Positions 32,487-42,991 of a stretch of 64,000 bases of DNA are shown here, in pieces (positions within the stretch are counted from its first letter, which is position 1; each line of letters starts with the position of its first letter). The notes beneath the pieces were generated by a model. That model was not told where the DNA came from. It searched no databases and saw nothing but the letters and a program-made list of their open reading frames with translations. Source of the stretch: Patescibacteria group bacterium (GTDB taxonomy: Bacteria; Patescibacteriota; Minisyncoccia; Phycocordibacterales; JAKAEA01). The position numbers were made by a program, and so were the translations under genes. The stretch is from NCBI GenBank assembly GCA_040387855.1, contig JAZKCY010000001.1, positions 782,922 through 846,921 of the forward strand, written 5' to 3'.

Positions 32487-33128
32487 TTATTTTTGTGCTG
32501 TCACATAATATCCTAATGCATAGTCTTCAGTACTGTACTGCTTTCGGAGTATTTTTGAGACTACATTAAATAGGCTATCCAATAGATATGTTATGTATCT
32601 TCCTGTGTAAAAATTAATAAATCGAATAGGCCATGGCATCAAGCGATCAATAAAAAGGTATTGTGCACTAAAAACTCCGGTACCCAAAGATTTTATTTTG
32701 ATATTTTTTAATGACAGAAGCTCCAGCTCTGCTTTCAATGTCATTTGTGTAAATCTCCTAAAATCTAACGGTGAGGGATGAACTGGAAATAGAAATGGAA
32801 CCACGATTACGAGCATTCCTTTAGGTTTTATTATTCGAACAGATTCTTTCAAGAGCTCTTTATAAGCAAAAATATGTTCTAACACATTTATGAGAATAGC
32901 ATGATCATACTGAGCATCTTTACAGGGCAAGCTTTTTTCTAAATCATGAAAAATATCAGGAGCGACCTTGTCATTAAGGTTAATAGTTGTAATCGTATGA
33001 GATCCTTTTATAACTGATGCATACTTTGAATTTTTATCACCACCAATATCTACAATACTGCCGTTAAGTGTGAGTCCGGCTAATACTTTATCCTCTTCAA
33101 TTCGTAAAAGTGATGGAATTGATTTCAT
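32487..33128 (-). CDS. SAM-dependent methyltransferase (type 11-like)
   Basis: VDIGG, NVLEH, PFLFPVHPSPLDFRRFT. Confidence 0.82.
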   Translation of the reverse strand: MKSIPSLLRIEEDKVLAGLTLNGSIVDIGGDKNSKYASVIKGSHTITTINLNDKVAPDIFHDLEKSLPCKDAQYDHAILINVLEHIFAYKELLKESVRIIKPKGMLVIVVPFLFPVHPSPLDFRRFTQMTLKAELELLSLKNIKIKSLGTGVFSAQYLFIDRLMPWPIRFINFYTGRYITYLLDSLFNVVSKILRKQYSTEDYALGYYVTAQK

Positions 33129-34153
33129 ATAGATGCATATAATTTTTCTGACAATTTTGTGAGACTGTGATTATCACACACATAGTTTCGTAAGACTGTT
33201 CCGTATTGTGCTTTTTGATCATTACTTAAATTAATAAGCCACTCTAACTTTCGTGCAAGATCAGTGCTATCACCTTCCCTAAAAATAAAGGAGTCATCAA
33301 CTTCTCCCTTTAAATTATCATTTGAAGCAATAGATAGACTCTCACATGCCATTGCTTCAAAAATGGTTTTATCATACATACCACTTGAGCTTAAATTCAC
33401 AAATATTTCATGTTTATTGTATACAGGAACTGTGTCAGTATTTGGTATTCCCTTATGAAATGAAACATTGTGCTTTAAATTATATGCATCTGTTTTTTCC
33501 ACCAGACTTGTATAATACTCTTTATCTTTAACTAAAGGATCACCATAAAAACTAACTGTAGCACTTATATTTCTATCTTTGAGCTGTTTAACGGCCTCAA
33601 GAAGTATATGCGGCTTTTTCGCAGGAGCAATACGAGCAAGAAATAATAATGTTTTTTCTTTTTGAATATTTGAATCTCTTTTGAAAATATCCACATCAAT
33701 ACCCACTGGCATAAATTTTACTTTTTTGTATTTTGCAGTATAAGAAAATTTTGAAGTACAAAAGACATTGGTGCAAAAAGCTGCAGCTATATCTGTGAGC
33801 ATAGATCCTGCATGATGATTTCTCCACATGTAAATCTTCTTACCAAAAAGCTTCCACAGTAATCCCCCCATAAGGATATACTCTTGATTCATATGAACAA
33901 AGACAGCATCATAATTTTTTCTAAACTTAAAAAGATATATATAAAAATTACGTATATATTTAAACCGTGATGGGCCTATTTCTTTACCCAAAGATACAAC
34001 TGTTACATTAGAAGGAAGATTTACGGACCCTTTATATAGACAGACTACAGTAATGTGTTCATACTTGTGTGAAAAAACTTCAATCCATCGATGAAAAAAC
34101 CCCAATATTGGATCATTACTATCTACCTTTTGAGTATAAATAAGAAGTTTCAT
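33125..34153 (-). CDS. Glycosyltransferase family 4
   Basis: PVGID, RIAPAK, DKTIFEAMAC. Confidence 0.87.
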   Translation of the reverse strand: MKLLIYTQKVDSNDPILGFFHRWIEVFSHKYEHITVVCLYKGSVNLPSNVTVVSLGKEIGPSRFKYIRNFYIYLFKFRKNYDAVFVHMNQEYILMGGLLWKLFGKKIYMWRNHHAGSMLTDIAAAFCTNVFCTSKFSYTAKYKKVKFMPVGIDVDIFKRDSNIQKEKTLLFLARIAPAKKPHILLEAVKQLKDRNISATVSFYGDPLVKDKEYYTSLVEKTDAYNLKHNVSFHKGIPNTDTVPVYNKHEIFVNLSSSGMYDKTIFEAMACESLSIASNDNLKGEVDDSFIFREGDSTDLARKLEWLINLSNDQKAQYGTVLRNYVCDNHSLTKLSEKLYASI

Positions 34154-34524
34154 GAACGGAAAATAAAATGTTTATAGATGAAGTAACTAAGTACAGCTAT
34201 AAGTAAACTAGCAATAATTTGGGCTACTAAATAATAAGCATGAAGTATATCAACTAAAATGTAAAGGATGAGCGTATTTAAAACTACATTAATAAGTGCA
34301 TTAGCTAGATACAGCCCAATCTCAACATTAATTTTGTTTAGAGGATCATGTGAGAATGTCCACCACTTTTGAAGTATAAAACTCACTACAATTGATAGAG
34401 CAAACGCATAGATACCAGACTGTAGGTACCATATATGGAAAACATCGGTAAACAGATATAAAAAGAAAAGCTGTGTTCCCGCCCCAATACTACCTGCCAA
34501 ACAAAATTTTAGAATCCTATGCAT
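34150..34524 (-). CDS. GtrA-family membrane protein
   Basis: Four TM segments, KFCLAG, SFILQKWWTF. Confidence 0.85.
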   Translation of the reverse strand: MHRILKFCLAGSIGAGTQLFFLYLFTDVFHIWYLQSGIYAFALSIVVSFILQKWWTFSHDPLNKINVEIGLYLANALINVVLNTLILYILVDILHAYYLVAQIIASLLIAVLSYFIYKHFIFRS

Positions 34525-35668
34525 TTGGCGGAAAAGCTTTCTCTAAGTATGCTTTATACTTTGCAACATAATCTTCATGACTTTGTGGAAGTGATGCGGC
34601 AACATCTTGCGCCACATTTTTTCTGATTCGGTCTCGTAATAAGGGATCTTCAACCAATGCGGATAGCTTTTGCACAAAGCATGAATGATCACCTACTGGA
34701 CACACCATAGCGTTTTTATTATCAATTAAAACATCTCCCGCTATTCCCACATCGGACGTTACAATTGGTAAGTCAGAAAGTCCCGCTTCTACAAGAGTCA
34801 TGCCATAACCTTCAAACGACGAAACCTGGAAAAAAGCTTGTGCTGATTTGTAGTACGGTGCCAAATTTGATTGCCATGGTTCAAAAACTACAGAATCGCT
34901 AATTCCAAGTTTTGCAATTTTCTTTTTTAAGGCAGCTTCTTCTGGACCCTCTCCCACAATCACAAGACCACACTGTGGAAATCGAATAACAACATCTTTA
35001 AACACATCCAATGCAAAAGATATATTTTTCTCAGGAGCTAAACGTGATGCCATCAAAATAATAAAATTATATTGAGGATACTTTTGAATGAGCTCACGTG
35101 AGACGACTGGCATATATTTTGTCTTATCAACGTATATTGGCAAAACATCAATAATTTGTTCGGGAATCTTGAGTTCTTTTATAATAGACTGCTTGATCTT
35201 ATTTGAAACCACTCTAATTTCCTGAGCATAAGGTAAAATACTTCGAGCCATTTTTACTCTATGTTTATTGAGAAAAGACTGCTTTAGAAACTGTGGGTTA
35301 AACAATTCTGTATGAACCTGCAGTTGCATTGGAAAACCAAATTTTTTTCTTAATCCAAATGCCACACTTCCTGTCTCAAATGGGTCTTGAGCTGTTACTA
35401 CAGTATTGTGAGCAGTTAGATTTCGCTGTTTGACAATTGTTTGCGCTAGACCTCCAGCATCACGCATGTACAACAATTTAGTAAACGAATTTGTCGGATA
35501 CACCCATACATTATTTGAGATTCTCCATGCTTCTAATCCCAACGATGACTGAGCAAAAACAATGATATGTAGTTGATCAAACAATGCACCGTACTCGATC
35601 ATTCGCTGTCGCACAGCGCTTCCTTCTTCAAATATCTTTCTATCAGTACCTATTGATATAACATTCAT
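34517..35668 (-). CDS. Glycosyltransferase family 4
   Basis: SRLAPEKN, EGYGMTLVEA, SDVG. Confidence 0.9.
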   Translation of the reverse strand: MNVISIGTDRKIFEEGSAVRQRMIEYGALFDQLHIIVFAQSSLGLEAWRISNNVWVYPTNSFTKLLYMRDAGGLAQTIVKQRNLTAHNTVVTAQDPFETGSVAFGLRKKFGFPMQLQVHTELFNPQFLKQSFLNKHRVKMARSILPYAQEIRVVSNKIKQSIIKELKIPEQIIDVLPIYVDKTKYMPVVSRELIQKYPQYNFIILMASRLAPEKNISFALDVFKDVVIRFPQCGLVIVGEGPEEAALKKKIAKLGISDSVVFEPWQSNLAPYYKSAQAFFQVSSFEGYGMTLVEAGLSDLPIVTSDVGIAGDVLIDNKNAMVCPVGDHSCFVQKLSALVEDPLLRDRIRKNVAQDVAASLPQSHEDYVAKYKAYLEKAFPPNA

Positions 35669-35678
35669 ATATGTATGA

Positions 35679-36824
35679 TTAAAAGTATTTTTTATAGAGT
35701 CGTAAATGTTCAACAAGGACATGATTCCATGTATTATCTACATGCAACTCACTCAAAGAAGCAACGAATCTTTCATATTCGTGAGGAATAGTAAGCTTGT
35801 TCATTTTTTCAGCAATGTCATCCACTGATGCTGGATCTACTTTAAGGAAGTCGTTTTTATTGAGTTTTAAATAATGCTCTTTTGTTAGCAAAAACGGTAT
35901 ACCCAGAGACATACATTCATAAATTTGATTGGGTGAAATATCTGTCCAACTTGGTAATATCACATAATAGCAATTCGCAATTCTTCGGTATAAATCAGCT
36001 TGTCCCATAGTAGGAAGGAATTGCACTCTTGATTCAAGATGTAATGATCGAACTAGTTCTCTTAATTCATTTTCTATTGGGCCACTTCCGATAAGTGTAA
36101 AGACAAAACTTTTATCTTTAAGCAATGCAAATGCTTTGAGTGCAGAATCAATATTCTTCATACGAATAAATCTTCCAACAAATACTATTTCTTTATCTCT
36201 ATCGGCATATGACGTTTTATATGTTTGCACGAGATTAGCAAATCTGTTTTCAGGAACTGGATTATTTATCGTGGTTATCTTTTCTGGTTTTAGGCCGTAG
36301 TGTTTTTGATATAATTCCCGTTGTTGATCAGAATTGAATACTACAAAGCTTGCAGATTTTAGCACTCGTTTAATAAAGAAATAGAGAACTTTATATTCTT
36401 TGTACAAACGATCTTCATAAAACTTTTTAAGTGTCATAGGAGGACGCCCTTCTGAAAGATATTTCTCCCAAATATATCCACCCCCAACTCGCACAGCATA
36501 TTTCTTACGGGTAAGCCACGACACAAACATTACTGGTACTCCTGCAGAAAACCAGTCCATTGAGTATATAAAGTTATATGCTCGAGCTTCTTTAAATACA
36601 GCACTGAAATATGCTATATAGTTGAGCAATTTATTTTTTCTCCGCACAACTCGCGTGAGATGAAATTGAAATTCTTTATCAAAAACATATTCCGACTGAT
36701 CAGAATATGTGATTACACGCACGGTATGCCCTGCAGAAGAAAGACGTCGAGCTAGCTCAACCGTATACGTTGCAGGACCTCCTGGTTCTGGTTTAAAAAT
36801 TCCGGTTGTAATAAGAATTCTCAT
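35679..36824 (-). CDS. Glycosyltransferase family 4
   Basis: GGPATY, GRFIRMKN, DISPNQIYECMS. Confidence 0.88.
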   Translation of the reverse strand: MRILITTGIFKPEPGGPATYTVELARRLSSAGHTVRVITYSDQSEYVFDKEFQFHLTRVVRRKNKLLNYIAYFSAVFKEARAYNFIYSMDWFSAGVPVMFVSWLTRKKYAVRVGGGYIWEKYLSEGRPPMTLKKFYEDRLYKEYKVLYFFIKRVLKSASFVVFNSDQQRELYQKHYGLKPEKITTINNPVPENRFANLVQTYKTSYADRDKEIVFVGRFIRMKNIDSALKAFALLKDKSFVFTLIGSGPIENELRELVRSLHLESRVQFLPTMGQADLYRRIANCYYVILPSWTDISPNQIYECMSLGIPFLLTKEHYLKLNKNDFLKVDPASVDDIAEKMNKLTIPHEYERFVASLSELHVDNTWNHVLVEHLRLYKKYF

Positions 36825-36854
36825 TACCCTCTATAATAGCTTACTTACCAACAA

Positions 36855-37988
36855 TTATGAAGAAAGAAATTCCTTATCAATTCGCTTTACTATGAGTGGC
36901 CAGCTGTACTTATTTTTGGCCATATCTTGAGCATTTTGTACTATTTGTTCTTTTAACTCATGATTATCCAAAATCTCAGTAACAGACTCAACTATACTTT
37001 GAGGATCATTTACTCTACAGAATAATCCTGTTTTTCTATCTTCCAAGAAATCTGGGATTCCTCCTACTGGTGTAGCAATCACAGGAATACCAGCTGCCAT
37101 TGCTTCAATAAACGATATCCCCTGTCCTTCTGATAGTGAAGGTCGTATAAAAATATCTGAAACAGCAAGATATTTTGGAAGATCTACATTTTCTTTTTGA
37201 CCTAAAAATAATACTCTTTCTGTAAGTTTTAGATCTGCAACTTGCTTGCGCAGTGTATCTTCAAGTGGACCGATACCAATAACAGCAAATTTTATTGAGT
37301 GTGGTAGTAAAGCCATCGCCGCTATAACATCACCAATGCCATTTTTGGCAACAAGACGTGATGTTGTAATGAGCAGCCTTTCCCCTTTTTCTTTTCCCAA
37401 TTCTTTAAAAACTAACTCTAACTGTGCATCGGAAAATGTTTTCATGAAAACTGTGGTATCAACACCATTTGGAATAACTACTATCGGACATGTTGCCCCC
37501 ATATCTTTTCCAAATGTAGCTAAGAACTGTGATATAGCATGAATACGATCTGCTTTCTTAAAAATTTTCTTAAACAAAAAGTACAAGATTCCTACTTGTC
37601 TTTTTATATGCTGCAGTGAATCACCTTCTTGAAGTGTTAAAAAGAATGGTATTTTAGGATGAATTAGTTTAAAAAAAAGTGCTGCAAATCCACTAAAACT
37701 AGCCATGATACTCCACGTGGCATCATACTTTTCAGTTCTATGACGCCTATTTGCAAAATAGTATGCAGTAAAAGGAAATAATAATTTTGATAATCTACCT
37801 TTCATTCCCACTCTAAAGACATCGATGTTGCCTATTCGTTCATACGGCAATTGTTTACCATCAAGATTGAGAGTAACCATATCAAACTCATATTCGTGAA
37901 GTCTGTCGGTAATCTCTTTAACAGCAACTTCTGCTCCCCCAATAAATGGATGATATGCAACTGAAAAAATCAGAATTTTCTTTTTCAT
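36855..37988 (-). CDS. Glycosyltransferase family 4
   Basis: GGAE, PNGVD, EGQGISFIEAMAAG, VGGIPD. Confidence 0.92.
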   Translation of the reverse strand: MKKKILIFSVAYHPFIGGAEVAVKEITDRLHEYEFDMVTLNLDGKQLPYERIGNIDVFRVGMKGRLSKLLFPFTAYYFANRRHRTEKYDATWSIMASFSGFAALFFKLIHPKIPFFLTLQEGDSLQHIKRQVGILYFLFKKIFKKADRIHAISQFLATFGKDMGATCPIVVIPNGVDTTVFMKTFSDAQLELVFKELGKEKGERLLITTSRLVAKNGIGDVIAAMALLPHSIKFAVIGIGPLEDTLRKQVADLKLTERVLFLGQKENVDLPKYLAVSDIFIRPSLSEGQGISFIEAMAAGIPVIATPVGGIPDFLEDRKTGLFCRVNDPQSIVESVTEILDNHELKEQIVQNAQDMAKNKYSWPLIVKRIDKEFLSS

Positions 37989-37996
37989 GAGTAAGA

Positions 37997-39823
37997 CTAT
38001 TTATCGAGTTCTAGAATTCGTCGCAATACATCTTCTGGAATCTCTTTTGGTTTTGCAGAAACAAACGGTGTTGGCTCTGGTTTTCGTTCAGCTTTTGGTT
38101 GTTCTTTGGGTATTTCTTTTGGTACTTCCTTAGGCGCCTCTCGCTTTTGCTCAGGTTGTTGTGAGACTGGCTTTGGTTGTTCTTTACGTTCTTCTACTAT
38201 TCTGATAGGCGCAGGAGTAGGTGCAGGAGCTTCAGCAGGCTGAGTTTGCACTGTTATAGTAGTGCCAAGAACTGATGAAAGCGCATCTCGAAGTGCTGAC
38301 ATATTTTGAGGAGTTGGACCCTTCTTTGGCTTTTCTTTTTTCTCAGGCTTAGGTTCGTTCTTGAGATAATTTAACCGAATAGCATTTCGCAATTCTGTTT
38401 CTCGAGAATTTATAGCTGTAACAGAATTTGGATTTGAAGATTTAGGTTGAGATTGAGCTTTAGGTGCATTATCAAGACGCTTTAGCTCATTGGTTTTAAT
38501 TTCTGCGGTAGAAAGTTTTTTACGATCATCAGCAATAATTGGTTCATGCCATTTCCTAATTGCCTCTTCAACTTCAGCTCGTGGCCGAGCAAAGGTAGTA
38601 CGTGAATATTTGATAATATCTTCCTTAAACGTAATAACTGGCTTTTCTATGGGAGGCAGACCGGTAGCTGAAAATGGCTGCGATGATACTCCATCAATCA
38701 TAAGTTTTAAGTACATTTGGAATTGACCAATGCTCACCAAATCCTCTTTTGTAAACGTCGGAAAGAATTCTTTTTCTAAGACTTCAGCATCAAATGATCC
38801 AATTCGAAAGACGATCATGGTACCCACGTTACCAATTACTGCGGCTCGTACTTCCTCACTCATTTGTTCTATGTATTGGTGAGCAATAGTAAGATTCAAT
38901 TTATATTTTCGAGCTTCGGATAGAATATCTGCAAATGACTCGTTGGCAAAAGATTGAAATTCATCAACATACAAATAGAAATTTGGCATTCGTTTGAGCA
39001 TTGATGGCGATGCATCAGCGCGGCTCATTGCTGCAAGATAAATCTTGGTAATAAGCATACTACCAAGAAGATTTGCATTTGCTTCTCCCACTCTACCCTT
39101 TGAAAGGTTAACGATAAGAATTTTCTTATCATCCATACACTTTCGAATATCAAAAGTTGATTTAGACTGACCAATAATATTTCGCACCACTGGATTTGAA
39201 ATAAACTGACCAATTTTATTCTGAATTGCAGCTCCTGCTTCTTGCATGTATCGTTCACCGTATTTTGCAAACTCATCAAGCCAAAATGCCTTTACTGATG
39301 GGTCAGATACATTTTCAACTACCTTCTTTCGATAGTCTTTGTCGGCAAGCATTCGGTTAACTCCAATAAGTGTAGAATCAGGATATTCCAACAGAGCAAG
39401 AATAATATTGTTCAAAATATATTCCATACGAGCACTCCATGCATCCACCCAAATCTTTTTGAAGGCACTCATGAGACCGTTGGCAACAAGATGTCGACGA
39501 TCATGCCCAACATCTTCCATTACATTAAAAGAAATTGGGTGTTCTAAATCAAACGGCGCAAAGTAAATAATATCTTTTATACGTTCTTGAGGAATATATT
39601 CCAAAAGCAAATCTGCAGTTTTACCGTGAGGATCAATGAAAGCAATACCTTCACCATTCTTAATATCTTGAATAGCCATGTTTTCAAGAAGCGTAGATTT
39701 ACCCATACCAGTTTTTCCAATGGTATACACATGACGAGTTCTATCGCTGGCTTTGATACCAAACGGAACTCGCTTATTGCGCATATCTGTTTCTGCAAAA
39801 TATGTGATTGGATCAGGGTTCAT
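37997..39823 (-). CDS. TraD/VirD4-like (T4SS coupling protein-related) ATPase with Pro/Glu/Lys-rich tail
   Basis: Walker A GKTGMGKS, IDPHG, Walker B LYVDEFQ, SEARKY, AHQY. Confidence 0.85.
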   Translation of the reverse strand: MNPDPITYFAETDMRNKRVPFGIKASDRTRHVYTIGKTGMGKSTLLENMAIQDIKNGEGIAFIDPHGKTADLLLEYIPQERIKDIIYFAPFDLEHPISFNVMEDVGHDRRHLVANGLMSAFKKIWVDAWSARMEYILNNIILALLEYPDSTLIGVNRMLADKDYRKKVVENVSDPSVKAFWLDEFAKYGERYMQEAGAAIQNKIGQFISNPVVRNIIGQSKSTFDIRKCMDDKKILIVNLSKGRVGEANANLLGSMLITKIYLAAMSRADASPSMLKRMPNFYLYVDEFQSFANESFADILSEARKYKLNLTIAHQYIEQMSEEVRAAVIGNVGTMIVFRIGSFDAEVLEKEFFPTFTKEDLVSIGQFQMYLKLMIDGVSSQPFSATGLPPIEKPVITFKEDIIKYSRTTFARPRAEVEEAIRKWHEPIIADDRKKLSTAEIKTNELKRLDNAPKAQSQPKSSNPNSVTAINSRETELRNAIRLNYLKNEPKPEKKEKPKKGPTPQNMSALRDALSSVLGTTITVQTQPAEAPAPTPAPIRIVEERKEQPKPVSQQPEQKREAPKEVPKEIPKEQPKAERKPEPTPFVSAKPKEIPEDVLRRILELDK

Positions 39824-39936
39824 AGAGCTATGTATGTATATAGTATACGTTGAACTCTGTTAAAATAAAAGTAATAAAAAAGCTGACGCATGCGCCAGCC
39901 GTGAAGAGATTGAAAGCATTGCTTTAGCGACTGTCA

Positions 39937-40107
39937 TTAGCCGCTGTTTGCTGCTGCTTTAATCATCTCCATCATCCTTTCCCGATCAGCATCCGAGGGA
40001 ACCGCGAGCGACACAGTGTGGCTCGGCACGATTACGCGGCCATCAAGGCCGATCTCGTTTGTGCCACACTGCACCATCCGCACTCCGCCTTGTTGTGGTT
40101 GATCCAC
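39937..40107 (-). CDS. Small GC-rich orphan protein
   Basis: GGAGG 7 nt before GTG at 40107; hairpin at ~39882-39899 downstream. Confidence 0.45.
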   Translation of the reverse strand: MDQPQQGGVRMVQCGTNEIGLDGRVIVPSHTVSLAVPSDADRERMMEMIKAAANSG

Positions 40108-40211
40108 GTGCATTCCTCCATAAAACGTTTGGCAAGTTTCCAACTCACCAAGCCCAGGCATTAATGTATCTTATTAAAATTGCATTAGGAAGTGGATAAC
40201 CTACTACACAA

Positions 40212-41480
40212 CTATTCTGGGAGAAGTGCGCCTTGAGTGTAGCGATTTGAAGGTGCCCAGAGCATCCAAGAATTGAGCCCAGCTGCATAGGTGGCTTCTA
40301 TTTGAGCCTTTACCTCTTTTACATCATAATCCCCTCCATAATCGAAATCCTGAAGCCAAGGACGCATTTTGTTCTTATCATAAGCAGGCTTTGTATAGAG
40401 CTGTGGTGATGTTGAAGCTATTGGAGTTGAACCTTTTATATTAAAGATACTTGAAGTGGCAATTGTTCTTTGTACGGCAGCATCCATTACGTATTTAATA
40501 AGTTCACCGGGATAATCATTGGGGTTTTTCCAGCCATTAAATGTTGCTGGATAATGTGATGGATAGACCATAGGTGCAATATAATCAAAATAGGGCATCG
40601 CTCGTTCTAAAATCTGGCCAATATTTAAATCATCAGTATTGTTGGTAGTCATCCCAAAAAGATCAGCAGATGTTACAACTCCCGTTGGCTTCATTTTGTC
40701 ATGCAAATACGAGAAAAAACTCTCAAGTACTTCTTGCTTTGGTTTATTCTGGCTAAACGGAAATGCAATATCTTTCATGTTTCCATCTGAGGGGAAACGA
40801 ATGTAATCATAATTTAATTCATCAAATCCAATAGCATATGATGCATTACTAATTGCAACAATATGATCCCATGCTTTTTGAGACCCTGGATCAAGATAGT
40901 GAATTCCCTTTTGATCAGCCCAGATTCCCCCATCACTCGCTCGCTTTACGGCAAGCTCAGGATAAAGCTTTGCATAATGAGGATCTTGAAACACTGTGAT
41001 TCTGCCGATAACATAAATATTTTTATCATGCAGTGTTTTAATAAACTCTTTCATATCAGAGACACTGCATCGATCTGATACAAAATCTGCAAGCATAGGA
41101 TCTTCAGGTTTGAAGGAAAGTAAGCCTGTGTAATCTTTGATATCTATAATAATAGAATTAATTTCAGTTTCATCAGCAATCTTTACTAAATCATTTCGAA
41201 AGTTTCGTGTACCAGCCACACAACTCGACATATAGATAGTTTTTACAGCTTTTGGAATTGACACATGTGATACTTTCTCTACTTCAACCTCATCAACAAC
41301 TTCTGGTTCCGGTAGTTTTTTAAGAGTCTCAGCTTCTACAGAATTTGTAGCAGCAACACCTCCTATGTTGTATGTATCACGTGCAAAGAAAGGCACAATT
41401 ATGTATACGAGCATAAAGAAACTTAGACCTAAAGCAATGAGTCCAATGACTGCATAATTTCTTTTCCCCGAGCCATTCAT
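40212..41480 (-). CDS. Membrane-anchored putative glycoside hydrolase (DUF4015-like TIM barrel)
   Basis: IDIKDYTG, GRITVFQD, GFDELNYDYIRFP, PMVYPSHY, RPWLQDF. Confidence 0.85.
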   Translation of the reverse strand: MNGSGKRNYAVIGLIALGLSFFMLVYIIVPFFARDTYNIGGVAATNSVEAETLKKLPEPEVVDEVEVEKVSHVSIPKAVKTIYMSSCVAGTRNFRNDLVKIADETEINSIIIDIKDYTGLLSFKPEDPMLADFVSDRCSVSDMKEFIKTLHDKNIYVIGRITVFQDPHYAKLYPELAVKRASDGGIWADQKGIHYLDPGSQKAWDHIVAISNASYAIGFDELNYDYIRFPSDGNMKDIAFPFSQNKPKQEVLESFFSYLHDKMKPTGVVTSADLFGMTTNNTDDLNIGQILERAMPYFDYIAPMVYPSHYPATFNGWKNPNDYPGELIKYVMDAAVQRTIATSSIFNIKGSTPIASTSPQLYTKPAYDKNKMRPWLQDFDYGGDYDVKEVKAQIEATYAAGLNSWMLWAPSNRYTQGALLPE

Positions 41481-41671
41481 GAAATACTATCTTTATCTAT
41501 TGTAGATGTAATGGTGTGGGTCCGACGATGCATGTGTCCAATGATTGATATAAGGATGAGTAGACCACCAATTGCACAAAAGATACTAGTTTTATATATA
41601 GTAGGTAATCCAGTAAAAGGCGTAATTAAAATAAGTATACCTAAAAAAAGATGTAATTTATTTCGAGACAT
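41477..41671 (-). CDS. Small two-TM membrane protein
   Basis: 64 aa; stop overlaps the next start (ATGA); TATACT upstream. Confidence 0.65.
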   Translation of the reverse strand: MSRNKLHLFLGILILITPFTGLPTIYKTSIFCAIGGLLILISIIGHMHRRTHTITSTIDKDSIS

Positions 41672-41695
41672 AATGGTAGTATACCGAACTCAACA

Positions 41696-42991
41696 TTAAT
41701 GCGCTAGGATTTTTTCTCCAACCTTGTAGATATCTCCTGCACCCATAGTCATAATAACATCACCTTTTTTTAACGTATTAAGATGCTTCTCAATTTCATC
41801 AAATGAGTTCATAGCTTGTGCCGATACTCCACTCTTAGAAATCTCTTGAGCTAAAAGTTCTGAAGAAATACTTGGGTCCACTGGTTCACGAGCTGCATAG
41901 ATAGGAGCTATGATTACATTTGTTACATTCTTAAACGATGTGCCAAAGTGAGTGAGATGTTGCTTTGTTCTGCTATAGAGGTGGGGCTGAAAAACAACTG
42001 TTATATTTTTATCAGGAAATAAATCTCGGGCTCCTGAAAGTGTAGCTTCTACCTCTGTAGGATGATGACCATAATCATCATAGACTAAAGCACCATTTTT
42101 AGTCTCTCCTTTAAATTCGAATCGTCGCCATGTACCTGAAAATCCTTCGAGAGATTTTTTAGCATCAGCACGTGGGATCTTCAACACATCTGCTACTGCA
42201 AGTACTGCCGCAGCATTTGCAAGATTGTGTTCTCCTGGCACTTTGAGCTCTAAATTGATATCACCAAAAAGTTCATAATCGATAACTTCAGCCTTTGCTT
42301 TTTTTGCAACATCACCAATGTGAGGAAGTTCCAAATCGCATATTACCTGTCCTTGTGAGTCTACTTGACCAATTAGCTCAATAAAAGCAGATTTAATATC
42401 TTCTATATCTTTATAGTAATCAAGATGATCATCATCTATATTTGTAATTACTAAAATATTTGGATGTAAATTTAAAAATGATCTTTTATATTCACAAGCT
42501 TCAACAACAAGATACTTACTTTTCCCTGCAATAAAATTACTTTTTTGATCTTTCAAAATACTTCCCACAATAACAGTTGGATCCATTCCAGCATCAATGA
42601 GCATCTTCGCTATCATCGCTGTTGTTGTAGTCTTTCCATGAGTCCCGGATACAGCAATTGTAAATTTATCTTTTGAAATGATTGCAAGTGCCTGCGGATA
42701 TGTAATGCATTCTATACCCAATTCTCGTGCTTTCATCAACTCTGCATTATTTTCTGGAATAGCCACTGTGTAAATAACAAGATCTATCCCTGCAACAATA
42801 TTTTCAGCTTTTTGACCTATAGTGACTGAAATCCTTTCTTTTTTAAGTTCCTGAGTTACTTCTGATTCATCGCGATCTGAACCGGTTATTTCTTTTCCTT
42901 CGAGACTCATCATTCGTGCCACGGCAGAAATTCCGATACCTCCAATACCTATAAAGTGGACTTTTTTTATTTTTGAAAAATCAGATATCAT
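41696..42991 (-). CDS. murC: UDP-N-acetylmuramate--L-alanine ligase
   Basis: HFIGIGGIGIS, GTHGKTTTT, DDYGHHPTE, FQPHLYSRT. Confidence 0.97.
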   Translation of the reverse strand: MISDFSKIKKVHFIGIGGIGISAVARMMSLEGKEITGSDRDESEVTQELKKERISVTIGQKAENIVAGIDLVIYTVAIPENNAELMKARELGIECITYPQALAIISKDKFTIAVSGTHGKTTTTAMIAKMLIDAGMDPTVIVGSILKDQKSNFIAGKSKYLVVEACEYKRSFLNLHPNILVITNIDDDHLDYYKDIEDIKSAFIELIGQVDSQGQVICDLELPHIGDVAKKAKAEVIDYELFGDINLELKVPGEHNLANAAAVLAVADVLKIPRADAKKSLEGFSGTWRRFEFKGETKNGALVYDDYGHHPTEVEATLSGARDLFPDKNITVVFQPHLYSRTKQHLTHFGTSFKNVTNVIIAPIYAAREPVDPSISSELLAQEISKSGVSAQAMNSFDEIEKHLNTLKKGDVIMTMGAGDIYKVGEKILAH

